Source of the DNA: an uncultured bacterium
GTDB taxonomy: Bacteria; Actinomycetota; Acidimicrobiia; Spongiisociales; UBA5794
Reading direction: 5' to 3'
Length of the DNA stretch: 64,000 nucleotides
Assembly: GCA_963801165.1 (NCBI GenBank)
Contig: CAWDDT010000001.1
Coordinates: 11,229-75,228, forward strand
In this document: in pieces, positions 29,674-39,900 of the stretch
Layout: each line of letters starts with the position of its first letter
Position numbering within the stretch: position 1 is the first letter of the stretch
Program-made: the position numbers and the translations under genes
Notes under the pieces: model-generated
What the model saw: only the letters and a program-made list of their open reading frames with translations
What the model was told of the DNA's origin: nothing
The model's database searches: none

Positions 29674-30645
29674 ATGCGATTCGTGGTCTATGGAGCCGGT
29701 GCGGTGGGCGGTGTGGTTGGCGCCCAACTCCACCGGGCCGGGCATGACGTCACGCTGGTCGCCCGGGGTGACCACTACCGGGCAATCCGCGACCGTGGGT
29801 TGGTCTTTGCAAGTCCGGTTGAGCGGCTGACCCTCGAGATGCCGGTCGTTGCCGACATTGCCGCGGCCGGTGTCGAGCCCGACGTCGTTGTGCTGATGGC
29901 CGTCAAGTCGCAGAGCACGCTGCAGTGCTCGCTCGACTTGCGTCGGGTTGCGCCTGTGTCGACGCCGGTCGTTTGTCTGCAGAACGGCGTCGAAAACGAA
30001 CCCACTGTGATGCGTTTCTTCAGCAACGTCTACGGTGTCCCGGTGATGTGCCCTGCGGTTCATCTCGAGCCGGGTGTCGTCGAGGCCAACTCGTGGCCGG
30101 TCACCGGCATCCTCGACATCGGCCGCTTTCCGGTCGGGACCGACGAGACTGCAATCGCGGTGGCCGCCGCCTTCAGTTCTGCGACTTTCGTTTCGGAGGT
30201 GCGTCCCGACATCATGGCGTGGAAACACCGGAAGCTGATGATGAATATCGGCAATGCCGTTCAGGCGATCTGTGGACCCGGGGCGGTAGACGGGCGAATA
30301 CTGGAGATGGCCACCGCCGAAGCCGGGCTGGTTCTGGCGGCGGCGGGAGTTGCCGTCATCCCGGTCGATGAAGATCGGCAACGTCGCGGCCATCTCGTAC
30401 GGGTCGCCCCGGTCGCCGGGCGCCGTCGCCCGGGTGGGTCATCCTGGCAGAGCCTGGAGCGGCACGCCGGATCGATCGAGACGGACTATCTCAACGGCTA
30501 CATCGTGCTCCTCGGGCGGCTCCACAATGTCCCCACTCCGGTGAATGCCCTGCTCCAGAGACTGGCCGCCGAGATGGCCGCGGCCGGCGCTGCACCGGCC
30601 ACGATCGATGAGGATGATTTCCTGGCGATGCTCGAAGACGGCTGA
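29674..30645 (+). CDS. Ketopantoate reductase (PanE/ApbA) family protein
   Basis: VYGAGAVGG, AVKSQ, LQNG, SSWQSL, ETDYLNG, PTPVN. Confidence 0.88.
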   Translation: MRFVVYGAGAVGGVVGAQLHRAGHDVTLVARGDHYRAIRDRGLVFASPVERLTLEMPVVADIAAAGVEPDVVVLMAVKSQSTLQCSLDLRRVAPVSTPVVCLQNGVENEPTVMRFFSNVYGVPVMCPAVHLEPGVVEANSWPVTGILDIGRFPVGTDETAIAVAAAFSSATFVSEVRPDIMAWKHRKLMMNIGNAVQAICGPGAVDGRILEMATAEAGLVLAAAGVAVIPVDEDRQRRGHLVRVAPVAGRRRPGGSSWQSLERHAGSIETDYLNGYIVLLGRLHNVPTPVNALLQRLAAEMAAAGAAPATIDEDDFLAMLEDG

Positions 30646-30673
30646 GCGGCTGACCGCTTGCATCCGACGCAAT

Positions 30674-31987
30674 TCAGCGAGCGGGGTCGGTATCTTCCCG
30701 CTCGTGGAGGACAACGGCGCGGCGATGGGACAACCACAAGGCCTCCGCACCGATGGCGGCTGCGACACCGCCGACGAGCAGCATGACTGCGAGCGGTTGG
30801 TCACCGATCGTGTCGGCGACAAGAACGACGAGCGAGAAAAGGCAACCGGTGATGCCCGCGCCGCTGAGCAGCCGGCTCGCTCCGATCTGCTTTCCTTGTT
30901 TGAACGCGGACGCGTTTGCGGCTGCGAAGACGATGAGGAATATCGAGCTTGCCAGAGCCGAGATCTCGGTGACGTCGAGGGTATTGGCTAGGACCAGCGA
31001 GATCCCGGCGGTGATGAGCAGCCCAACCGGCTCTGACCAGACTCTGCGCTCCAGCGCCGGTGGCAGCTCGCCCTCTCGCGCTATTGCGAAGCTGAGCCGG
31101 GCCGCCCCGTACAGGGTCGCGTTGATCGCTGAGAGCGTCGCCAGCACGGCCGAGATTGCGACCAGGACGAAACCCGCGCTACCCAGTCCGGGTTTGGCCG
31201 CCTCGCCCAGCGCGAAGTCGGCGGCCGCCACGATGCGGTCGGGTGCCAATGAGCCCACGGTGATGGCTGCGATGCCGACGTAGAGGAGTATCACGACACC
31301 AACCGACAAGTAGAAGGCGCGGGGGAGCGTCAGTCGTGGCTCCCGGATGTCTTGGGCTGTGTTGGCGATGAGCTCGAATCCCTCGTACGCCACGAATACG
31401 AGCATGCCCGCGGCCACGATTCCCGGTACGGACGGCCAGGTGGCGACCGACAACCGGGAACCGGTGACTGTCGTCGCCCCGACCGCACCGACGACCACGA
31501 GCACCGCCAGTTTCACCACAACGACTGCGGTCTCGGTCCTCGCCACGATCTCGGCGCTCAGGAGATTCAGCCCGGTCGGCACGATGATGGCGAGGCTGAT
31601 TAGACCATGCCGCGCCCACTGTGACACGTCGCCGCTCGTGGAGAAGAAGGTGGCCGCATAGCTGGCAAAGGCGACGGCGTACAGCGATAGCGTCACCAGA
31701 TAACCGAACCAGAGCAGGTTGTTGAGGGCACCGGTGAGAACGCCGACGCCAAATGCTTTGTCGATAAAGACCACGCTGCCACCGCGGCTGGGGTAGGCGA
31801 CCGACAGCCTGGCATAGGAAGTCGCGGTCAGCAGGGCCACGGCACCGGAGATGGCAAAGGCGAGAGGAGCGGCGCCTCCGGCTCTGGTGGCGACCACACC
31901 AAGTACGGCGAAGATGCCGCCGCCGACCATGCCACCGATCCCGATGGCGGCGGCACCCCACAGACCAAGGGACCGCCCGGTGCTCAC
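30674..31987 (-). CDS. APC family permease
   Basis: GIGGMVGGGIF, AYEGFE; about 12 TM segments; start overlaps zwf stop. Confidence 0.9.
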   Translation of the reverse strand: MSTGRSLGLWGAAAIGIGGMVGGGIFAVLGVVATRAGGAAPLAFAISGAVALLTATSYARLSVAYPSRGGSVVFIDKAFGVGVLTGALNNLLWFGYLVTLSLYAVAFASYAATFFSTSGDVSQWARHGLISLAIIVPTGLNLLSAEIVARTETAVVVVKLAVLVVVGAVGATTVTGSRLSVATWPSVPGIVAAGMLVFVAYEGFELIANTAQDIREPRLTLPRAFYLSVGVVILLYVGIAAITVGSLAPDRIVAAADFALGEAAKPGLGSAGFVLVAISAVLATLSAINATLYGAARLSFAIAREGELPPALERRVWSEPVGLLITAGISLVLANTLDVTEISALASSIFLIVFAAANASAFKQGKQIGASRLLSGAGITGCLFSLVVLVADTIGDQPLAVMLLVGGVAAAIGAEALWLSHRRAVVLHEREDTDPAR

Positions 31988-33321
31988 TGGTCGCCGGTAC
32001 TCGGTCCTGCGGAGCCGACCGGGTAAACGATGGGGTCCTCGGCCGGGTCTGTGATGTTATCGACGATCCGCCACGCTTCCTCGACTGCGTCTTGACGTGC
32101 GAACTGGGTCCTGTCGCCGGTGAGCGCGTCGTATAGGACACGCTCGTAGGCCAGCGGGATCCTGCCAAAGACCTGGTCGTAGTCGACCGTGAGCGGGGTG
32201 GTGGCGAGGTGGAGACCGATGCCTGGGAGCTTGGTCTGCACGACGAGATCGACGCCGTCGCTCGGTCCGATGCGAAAGACGAGCCGGTTCGGCTCGGGGA
32301 GCTCGGGATCGGGATCGAACGGGAGCGGAGGGGACGCCCGGAATACCACCTCCGCTTTGGTGATCGTGGTGTCGAGCGCCTTGCCGGCTGAGATCAGGAA
32401 CGGGACGCCGTACCAGCGCGGCGTGTTTATCGCCAGCGAGAACGAGGCGAACGTTGCCGTCCTCGAGTTGGGAGCGACGTGGGCGACGTCCCGATATCCC
32501 GAATACTGCCCGTAGACCATATCGTCCTGGGATAGGGTCGCTATCGCCCGCAGCACCTTGACCCGCTCGTCGGCGTAGGCATCCGGGGCCGGGGTGACGG
32601 GCGCTTCCATAGTCAGCAGTGAGACGATCTGGAGGACATGGTTCTGCACGACGTCACGAACCACTCCGAGCGAGTCGTATAGCGCTCCTCGTCCGTCGAC
32701 GCCGAATGATTCGGACATCGTGATCTCGACCCGGTCGACGAAGTGCCGGTTCCAGATCGCGTCGATGATCGGGTTTGCGTAACGGAACGTGAGGAGGTTC
32801 TCGACCGGCTCCTTGCCGAGGAAGTGGTCGATCCGATAGATGCTCGATTCGGCGGTGAGACCGTTGAGGAAGGAGTTCAGCTCCCGCGCCGACGTCAGGT
32901 CGCGCCCGAAAGGCTTCTCAACGAGCAGTCTCCCGCTCTCGAGCAGACCTACCTTGGACAGACTTCCAATAACCGTTTCGAACAGCGAAGGTGGAATCGC
33001 CATGTAGTGGAGGCATGAACCATCGCCGACGGCTTCGGCGAGTCGGTCGAATGTTGCCGTGTCGCTGTAGTTGCCTGCGACATATTGGAGCCGGGAAGTG
33101 AGCCGCCGGAGTATTTCGCCGTCGGCGTCGGCCACGGCGTCACGAGCGGACTGGGTGACGTGCTCGGCCAGCCGGGCGTCGGTCCAGTCGTCGAGCGCAA
33201 CCCCGATGATCCGCTGGCTGAGGCATTGGCGCTCCTCGAGCCGGTATAGGGCGGGGAAGAGCAGTTTCCTGGCCAGGTCGCCCGTGGCGCCGAACAGGAC
33301 GATGGTGTCGACTGTGGTCAT
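31984..33321 (-). CDS. zwf: Glucose-6-phosphate dehydrogenase
   Basis: FGATGDLA, EKPFG, RIDHFLGKE, DVVQNH. Confidence 0.95.
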   Translation of the reverse strand: MTTVDTIVLFGATGDLARKLLFPALYRLEERQCLSQRIIGVALDDWTDARLAEHVTQSARDAVADADGEILRRLTSRLQYVAGNYSDTATFDRLAEAVGDGSCLHYMAIPPSLFETVIGSLSKVGLLESGRLLVEKPFGRDLTSARELNSFLNGLTAESSIYRIDHFLGKEPVENLLTFRYANPIIDAIWNRHFVDRVEITMSESFGVDGRGALYDSLGVVRDVVQNHVLQIVSLLTMEAPVTPAPDAYADERVKVLRAIATLSQDDMVYGQYSGYRDVAHVAPNSRTATFASFSLAINTPRWYGVPFLISAGKALDTTITKAEVVFRASPPLPFDPDPELPEPNRLVFRIGPSDGVDLVVQTKLPGIGLHLATTPLTVDYDQVFGRIPLAYERVLYDALTGDRTQFARQDAVEEAWRIVDNITDPAEDPIVYPVGSAGPSTGDQ

Positions 33322-33325
33322 CTGG

Positions 33326-35713
33326 TCAACCTCCACTCCCTTCGAGTATCTCGATCTGATAGTCGGTTCCGCTCCAAGTATCGCCGCGACGGATCGTGAA
33401 GACGAGCGTGCCGGTGGCGGGAAGCGATGAGGCAGGGAAGTCCACGTAGTGCATGCCGATGCCACTGTCGTTCGTCGCCGTATCGGTCGTCGTGCGCCAG
33501 TGGTCCAGGGACCAGTGGACCGTCGCCGGCTCCGTGAGCTCGATCCGAAGGGGCACACCCGTCTCGATGCGGGTGATCTTGTGGTTTGCCCGCCAGAAGC
33601 GGCGGGCGGCCGCAACCGGATCAGGCTCGTGTCCCTGCACGACGGACGGTAGGTCGAAGATCTTGCCGTCCGCTACCGACCGGAGCAGCTTGAGGTATTC
33701 GGCGTGAGCCCATACGAGAGGGCGGGCCGATCCGGTTGCCATTCCGTACACGAGCTCGCGCTCCGGGATGTCGGGACCGTCCCAGACCTGCTCCGGGATG
33801 AGCCCGCTCGGCTGGGCCATTGCCTCCAAGGTGGCGATCAGCTCCCGGGCAGCGGCGACACGGCCGGCCGCCAGCTCGTAGTGGGCACGCTCGCCCGTCA
33901 GCAACGGCCACACCCGGCCGATGCCCGTCCCGTCGAATGGCCGGCCATCGGGGTGCTCGCCGTAGCCGTCTCCCGTGTATCGGCGCCAGCCGGGCCCGAA
34001 CGGAAAGCTCTCCTGGAGAGTGGCGTCGATGACCTTGATCGTGTTGATGATGTGCGGATCGTCGGGCGACCGGATCCCGAATCGGACCAGGGCGAGAGCG
34101 TCCGGGCTCACCACAGCGTCGGCCGGGGCGAGGTTCCGACCAGCAGGCCGGTTCTTGATGTTGACCCACCCGTCCACCGGCGCCTCGACGTTGTCGGCAG
34201 CTCCGATGCGTACGTAGTACCCGTCGACGCCGGCTTCGGCGCTGAGCTTGGTGTCGCGGGCGTAGCACCACGTCTCGATGTGGGCGTCCCAGCAATCGGC
34301 CGTTTCCCGCAAATAACGAGCCGCGGCCGATTCGCCGCGGCGGTCGGCCATCTCGGCGGCGAGGAGAAGGGCGGCGATCTCGGTGGCGAGAGTGAACGGC
34401 GAGTATCCGCCGTCTTCCTCCCAGCGGTCCTGTCCCGTCACCGGCCCGTTGGCGGCTACATATGCGGCGGCGGCTCGCACCATCGGCCAGTAGGCGTCGC
34501 GGGCGCCGGGTGCATCCAGTGCGCCGGCGGTGCGGGCGATATCGACGAGCAGGATGGGCAGTGCCGTCTCGTCGATCTGGATTCCGCCCCAGTACGGCGA
34601 GCCGTCGAGCCACATGTTCTGCGCCCAGTGACCATCGGCCTCCTGAGTGGCGCGGAGGTAGGAGAGGGCGCGCAAGCCCTCTTCCACAGCGCCGATTGCG
34701 AACAAGGCCCCGGCCGTCTCGACATGGTCCCGCGGCCAGACCAGGTGGTAGCCACCGAGATCCTGGTCGCCCTTCGAGCTGCCCCACGGCACCGACAGAG
34801 AGGCGATCGATGCACCGGGCAATGTAGTTGCCTCGTGCGTGGCCAGGACCAGAGCGCTGGCTCTCACCACCGCCCGGTCGGACGGCAGCCGGATGCTGGT
34901 GTTCCATTCATCCCATTGCGATCGGTACAGATCGAGTGCGGCCGGAAAGCCGTCGCGTAGGGACGAAATCACATGGTGAGCCGCCTCAGCCGGGGTTCGT
35001 CCAAACCCGAGCGCGGCCGTGAACACACCCTCGCACCCTTCGAGATCGGGCTGGAGCGAGATCGCCACGTTGCCGTTGTCGGCGAGATCCCATCGCTTCG
35101 TGAATGCACGGTTTGTGCTGAGATCCTGCCAGGCATCGGAGATTCCTACGTATCCCACCGAGCGGCCGAGCACGGGTGCGTCGACGGCGATGGCCAGGGC
35201 AATGTCGTCGCGCTGGGCGAACACCACTGGAGTTCCCTTGTGGGTGTCCACCCACGCGGTGTTGCCGGCCCCCTGATTGCCGAGGTGCGGCGCCACCAGG
35301 AACACGAGTGTGTGGTCGCCTGCAGCCGAATCGACGGCGTCGTATGTGACGTCGATCAAGACAACGGGTCTTATCGGATCGGTCACGTAGCGTTGCGTGA
35401 TCTCGAAGGAGCCGCCGGGGTCGGTGAATTCGACGTCGAAGGCGGGGACGCCGGGAGCAACCGATCTGATGCTGTGAGAGCAATCGCGCTTCGGGTCGAC
35501 GAAGCGGCCGTCGGGGGTGACTACGAGAAACTGGGCGTCGCGGATCGCCGCTTTGTCGAGGCGCGGGTAATACACTTCGTTGAGAATCCCGTGGCTGAGG
35601 GTGAACCATACGGGGCTGGCCGCAGAGTGCGCAGTGCCCACGGCCTCCTTGGCGCTGGAGGTCCAGCGCGCCTCTATGCCAGGAGCTCCCGGTGCGGTCG
35701 TCCGGCCTTCCAT
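33326..35713 (-). CDS. Glucan 1,4-alpha-glucosidase, GH15 with glucodextranase-type N-terminal domain
   Basis: WTSSAK..HGILNEVYYP, YHLVWPRD, QDRWEE, IPEQVW, PLVWAHAEY. Confidence 0.9.
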   Translation of the reverse strand: MEGRTTAPGAPGIEARWTSSAKEAVGTAHSAASPVWFTLSHGILNEVYYPRLDKAAIRDAQFLVVTPDGRFVDPKRDCSHSIRSVAPGVPAFDVEFTDPGGSFEITQRYVTDPIRPVVLIDVTYDAVDSAAGDHTLVFLVAPHLGNQGAGNTAWVDTHKGTPVVFAQRDDIALAIAVDAPVLGRSVGYVGISDAWQDLSTNRAFTKRWDLADNGNVAISLQPDLEGCEGVFTAALGFGRTPAEAAHHVISSLRDGFPAALDLYRSQWDEWNTSIRLPSDRAVVRASALVLATHEATTLPGASIASLSVPWGSSKGDQDLGGYHLVWPRDHVETAGALFAIGAVEEGLRALSYLRATQEADGHWAQNMWLDGSPYWGGIQIDETALPILLVDIARTAGALDAPGARDAYWPMVRAAAAYVAANGPVTGQDRWEEDGGYSPFTLATEIAALLLAAEMADRRGESAAARYLRETADCWDAHIETWCYARDTKLSAEAGVDGYYVRIGAADNVEAPVDGWVNIKNRPAGRNLAPADAVVSPDALALVRFGIRSPDDPHIINTIKVIDATLQESFPFGPGWRRYTGDGYGEHPDGRPFDGTGIGRVWPLLTGERAHYELAAGRVAAARELIATLEAMAQPSGLIPEQVWDGPDIPERELVYGMATGSARPLVWAHAEYLKLLRSVADGKIFDLPSVVQGHEPDPVAAARRFWRANHKITRIETGVPLRIELTEPATVHWSLDHWRTTTDTATNDSGIGMHYVDFPASSLPATGTLVFTIRRGDTWSGTDYQIEILEGSGG

Positions 35714-35753
35714 CACCGACCCCTCCCTGTGTTGTTGCCGACCCGGCGGCTTG

Positions 35754-35784
35754 TCGTGTGATTCATCGTGGTGTGATTCATCGT
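35754..35784. repeat. 15-bp-period direct repeat in divergent GH15/gnd intergenic region
   Basis: GTGTGATTCATCGT at 35756-35769 and 35771-35784. Confidence 0.7.
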
Positions 35785-35946
35785 CGCGCTCCAATTCACT
35801 CCAGATATCGCAACGATTCTGGGCGGGCTAGATGAGCTTTGCATGAGATCCTGGCACCTCGAAGCGTCGGTCGATGGCGTCGGCGTCGTAATGGATGGCG
35901 AGCGGCGAGAATGGCCGGACAACATCGAGCATACGGAGAAAGGCTC

Positions 35947-36999
35947 ATGAGCGATACGGGAAACGATTCCGGGACAGGTTCACAGTCGATGGAGATCGGG
36001 ATGATCGGTCTGGGAAGGATGGGCTCCAACCTGGCCAGGCGCTTGACCCAGGCGGGCCACCGCTGTGTCGCATACGACGTCAACCCGGAGGCGGCCGCCG
36101 CCCTCGAGGACGCGGGTGTGACGGGTGCGGCCACCGTCGAGAAGCTGGTCGCCGCTTTGAGCGCACCACGGGCGATCTGGGTAATGATCCCGGCCGCATA
36201 CGTGCAGTCCGTCGTCGCCGAGCTATCCGGTCTGCTCGATCCCGGCGACGTCATCATCGACGGCGGCAACAGCAACTACAGGGACGATATCGCCCGTCAC
36301 CGCAGCCTGCAGCAGGCAGGTATCGGTTTTGTCGACTGTGGCACCAGCGGGGGCGTCTGGGGTTTGGAGCGCGGGTACAGCCTGATGATCGGTGGTGACC
36401 CCGAGTATGTGCAGCGGCTCGACCCGATATTCAAAGCGATCGCACCCGGGCGCGAGTCGGCACCTGCAACCCCGGGGAGAACCGCCGATTCGGGAACTGC
36501 CCCCGACGGGTATCACCACTGCGGTCCGGCGGGTGCCGGGCACTTCGTCAAGATGGTCCACAACGGTGTTGAGTACGGGATGATGTCCGCTATCGCCGAG
36601 GGTCTCTCGATCATCAAGGGTGCCGGGATCGGGCTCAAGCAGCAGGCCCACGACGCAGAGACGACACCGCTGCGGGACCCGGATGCGTACCGCTACGAGA
36701 TCGATATCCCCGAAGTGGCCGAGGTATGGCGACGCGGCACCGTGATTTCATCATGGCTCATCGATCTCGTCGCCGACGCCCTGGCAAGAGACGGCGAGCT
36801 CACCGGGTTCGAAGGCCGGGTGTCGGACAGCGGCGAGGGACGGTGGACGGCGATCGCGGCGATCGAGGAAGGTATCCCGGCGCCGGTCATCACCACTGCC
36901 CTGCAGGAGCGCTTTGCGTCACGGGACGCCGACCTCTTTACGGATCGCGTTCTCTCGGCCATGCGCAGCGAGTTTGGCGGACACGCGGAGAAATCCTAG
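35947..36999 (+). CDS. gnd: Decarboxylating 6-phosphogluconate dehydrogenase (short type)
   Basis: IGLGRMG, IDGGN, GTSGG, GHFVKMVHNGVEY, DSGEGRW, FGGH. Confidence 0.95.
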   Translation: MSDTGNDSGTGSQSMEIGMIGLGRMGSNLARRLTQAGHRCVAYDVNPEAAAALEDAGVTGAATVEKLVAALSAPRAIWVMIPAAYVQSVVAELSGLLDPGDVIIDGGNSNYRDDIARHRSLQQAGIGFVDCGTSGGVWGLERGYSLMIGGDPEYVQRLDPIFKAIAPGRESAPATPGRTADSGTAPDGYHHCGPAGAGHFVKMVHNGVEYGMMSAIAEGLSIIKGAGIGLKQQAHDAETTPLRDPDAYRYEIDIPEVAEVWRRGTVISSWLIDLVADALARDGELTGFEGRVSDSGEGRWTAIAAIEEGIPAPVITTALQERFASRDADLFTDRVLSAMRSEFGGHAEKS

Positions 37000-37124
37000 G
37001 TCTGTCGACATCCCAAATCGGCCACAGGCATCGCAAGCTCGTGGAGGGCGGCAAATCGAGACCGGCCGCGGTGCGCCTATCCGCGGCCGGAATCGAGGCG
37101 TCGGCACGCGCCCGGTTGTAGCTG

Positions 37125-37835
37125 TTAGCCCTTCTCCATGGTCGGGTTCCAAATCTCCCAAACCCTGCCGACCAGGTCGGGGCCGGGGGTGAGGGTGACG
37201 TCGCCGGGTTCCCACCCGGCCGGGGTCGCCCGGGCTCCACCGCTTTCCCTCACCAGCTGAAACGCCTTGATCTGGCGGATGGTCTCCGCGATGCGCCGCC
37301 CGACCGGTGGCGTGAGCACCTCCATAGCCTGGATGACGCCGTCGGGGTCGATGATGAACCGCCCCCGTAGCTCGATACCCTGTTTCTCGTCCCAGACACC
37401 GTACGCCCGGCCGATGTTTCCGGCCTGATCCGAGACCATGGGGAACGGGACTCCGCCGTCGACCATCTTGGTCAGCTCGTTCTCGTTCCACATCTTGTGG
37501 ACGAAGTGGCTGTCGACACTCACCGACATGACATCGACACCGAGAGCCTGAAGCTCTGAATACTTGTCGGCGACCGCCGACACTTCAGTCGCTCAGACGA
37601 AGGTGAAGTCACCCGGGTAGAAACACAGCAACACCCATTTGCCGGCGTGATCCGACAAAGAGACCTGGGTGAAGCCGTCGTTGTGATAGGCAGGCGCGGT
37701 GAAGTCGGGCGCCTTCTGCCCAACGGTAGCGGTCAATTTGGCCTCCCTGGGCGATTGGTCGGACGGTTGTGGAGATAGTTCGGGATCTTCCCCGACAACG
37801 CCCGTCACGCGGGCGCAACCGAGTTGATCTGCCAT
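37125..37835 (-). CDS. prxU: Selenocysteine-containing peroxiredoxin (in-frame UGA at 37593-37595)
   Basis: ORFs 37593..37835 and 37125..37583 are one frame: [19 protein letters not shown] places UGA at the peroxidatic Cys of the Prx1 motif FYPxDFTFVCPTE; then [20 protein letters not shown]; RBS GGAGAGGAG. Confidence 0.93.
37565..37582 (-). promoter_or_regulatory. Bacterial SECIS element
   Basis: mRNA UGA-gcgacugaag-UGUCGGC-GGUC-GCCGACA: 7-bp stem with G-containing apical loop beginning 10 nt after the UGA. Confidence 0.8.
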
Positions 37836-37942
37836 CGCTCCTCTCCCATGCTCGGGCCGACGTGAGTCTAACTCACAGTCGAACGCTGCTGATTTCTTGG
37901 AAGGTCGGGGTCGTCAGAACAGCTCGGTGTATGGTGCAGCCG

Positions 37943-38968
37943 ATGGTCAAGAGAAGTCAGCGTTTGAAGGTGCTCAAGGCGAGGATCGAGGGGTACACCG
38001 GGGCCTTCTACATGTGGCTGGCATTGGCCGCGGCCATATTCGTCATGGTTGAGGCAGGTCTCCGTCTGGCCGGTGAGAAGACCTACCCGGTCAGTGAGTC
38101 TCTGTGGTTGATGGAGGTTGCGGTTGCCGGGTGGGCGATCCAGGCGTACAGAGGTCCATTCTCGAGGCTTCTTGCGGACTTCGTGCAGCTGACCCGTCTC
38201 CACCGATCGAGCGATGCCGGGCCGGGAGACAATGACGCTGATTCGGTTGCGCGATACGTCGCTTGTTCAACCGACGCCGCGTTCTCGTTGTGGAGCCCGT
38301 TGCCGATGGCACTCATCGTCGGGGTGGGACTGGGGTGGGCGGCCACGCTCTGGTCCCTCGGGTCGCCGTTCAACCGGTCGCTAACCGGATGGCTGTCGTA
38401 TCTGTTCTTCATACCGATGGTGGTGACAGGCATGTGGGGCTCCGCATGTGTGGTGCGTGTGCTCCGAGCGTTTCAGGATGCTGCGTCGCACGGTCTGGAC
38501 ACGTATTTCTCGTCGTCGAAGAATCCGACACTTGTGGCAATGGAGCAGCGATGGTCGTCATATGGCGTGGTCATCGCTCTCGTCTACTTCCTGGTTCTCG
38601 GTGCTCTGTGGCTCGGCCCCTTCGCGCTGAGCATGATGCCTCTCCCGATTTGGCTCTCGGTGCTGGCGACGATCCCGCTGCTCTGGTGGCTGGCCGGAGG
38701 TTTCCAGCTCCACACCTACCTGGCGGAGATCAAGCGGTCCAATCTCGGCAAGGCGGCGGCGAGAGTAACCCAGCTCTCGAACGCATTACGCGACGATTCT
38801 TCGGGTGATGAGTTGATGAGCCTCAGCATTGCGCTAGACATAGAGGCACGAGTGGACGAGATGGATGAGTGGCCCGCAGGGTTTGACCTCAGAGGCTTTC
38901 TGGTTGCCGCGACACCGATTGCAGCGCAGACCCTCGTCGTCCTCGCCGGGTGGGACATCGTGTCCTGA
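37943..38968 (+). CDS. Hypothetical polytopic membrane protein
   Basis: TATGGT-N7-ATG; about 6-7 hydrophobic segments. Confidence 0.65.
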   Translation: MVKRSQRLKVLKARIEGYTGAFYMWLALAAAIFVMVEAGLRLAGEKTYPVSESLWLMEVAVAGWAIQAYRGPFSRLLADFVQLTRLHRSSDAGPGDNDADSVARYVACSTDAAFSLWSPLPMALIVGVGLGWAATLWSLGSPFNRSLTGWLSYLFFIPMVVTGMWGSACVVRVLRAFQDAASHGLDTYFSSSKNPTLVAMEQRWSSYGVVIALVYFLVLGALWLGPFALSMMPLPIWLSVLATIPLLWWLAGGFQLHTYLAEIKRSNLGKAAARVTQLSNALRDDSSGDELMSLSIALDIEARVDEMDEWPAGFDLRGFLVAATPIAAQTLVVLAGWDIVS

Positions 38969-39036
38969 CTGCGAGCGCTGTGTCCTGACGTGGTGTCCGG
39001 CCACGCTGGGACCTAGCACGCCGATACACTTGCTCG

Positions 39037-39900
39037 ATGGATTTCGAGCTGCTCAGCGATATTGTCCAGTTCCGGGATCGGACGCGAACACTGCTCGCCG
39101 ATGAGGCGCGCAACAACCTGATACTGGGGATACTCGGTCACATCATCGAGACGCCGGACGCATACGAGGTCGTTCGGATGATGGTGGTGACCGACGGCGA
39201 TGTCGTGACGGCATGTGGGTTGATCACGACGCCACCACAGAATCTGATCCTCGCGGACACCATCTCCGACGAGGCTCTGGCGGTGCTCGCGGACCGGGTT
39301 GCCGGTGCGGAGATCGATGTTCCGCGGGTGATCGGTATAAGACCCACGGTGGACCGGTTTGTGGATTGTTGGCGACTGCGCACCGGTCAGGATGCCGAGC
39401 CGGAGATGGGTCAGGGAGTGTTCGCTTTGCGGGAGGTGACGCCGCCGCCGCCGGTCACGGGGCGCATGCGCCGTGCCGACGTGGGAGATTTCGATACCGT
39501 GCTGCGATGGTCGAGAGCGTTCGCCGCAGAGGCGCTGCCCGACGACCCGACAGACGACACTCGTTTGCAGCGCTCTGTGCTGCGGCGGCTCGAGGGCGAG
39601 GTTGCTGCCGGGACTCGTCTCTGGGAGGTGGACGGCATACCAGTTTCGATGAGCTCGCACACCGGCCCTACCGGATCGGGGATTCGCGTGAATGCCGTCT
39701 ATACGCCGCCCGAGCACCGTCGCAACGGGTACGCGTCTGCGCTCGTTGCGACGCACTCACAGGAGCTTCTCGATAGCGGCTACGCCTTCTGCTTCCTTTA
39801 CACGGATTTGGCCAACCCGACGTCCAACAAGATCTACCAGGCCGTCGGGTACGACCACGTGGCCGAGTCCGCCGTGTTCCGGTTCAATCGAGCCACTTGA
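39037..39900 (+). CDS. GNAT family N-acetyltransferase
   Basis: RVNAVYTPPEHRRNGYAS, LYTDLANPTSNKIYQAVGY. Confidence 0.9.
   Translation: MDFELLSDIVQFRDRTRTLLADEARNNLILGILGHIIETPDAYEVVRMMVVTDGDVVTACGLITTPPQNLILADTISDEALAVLADRVAGAEIDVPRVIGIRPTVDRFVDCWRLRTGQDAEPEMGQGVFALREVTPPPPVTGRMRRADVGDFDTVLRWSRAFAAEALPDDPTDDTRLQRSVLRRLEGEVAAGTRLWEVDGIPVSMSSHTGPTGSGIRVNAVYTPPEHRRNGYASALVATHSQELLDSGYAFCFLYTDLANPTSNKIYQAVGYDHVAESAVFRFNRAT

Noticed and set aside
35714-35794. His-rich N-terminal extension of the GH15 protein (DESHHDESHD)
   Set aside because: It derives from the intergenic 15-bp repeat; the RBS GGGAGGGG favours a start at 35713-35716.
37593-37835. Peroxiredoxin as a nonsense pseudogene or two separate genes
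   Set aside because: The UGA sits exactly at the catalytic residue and is followed by a SECIS-like hairpin, so selenocysteine recoding fits better.
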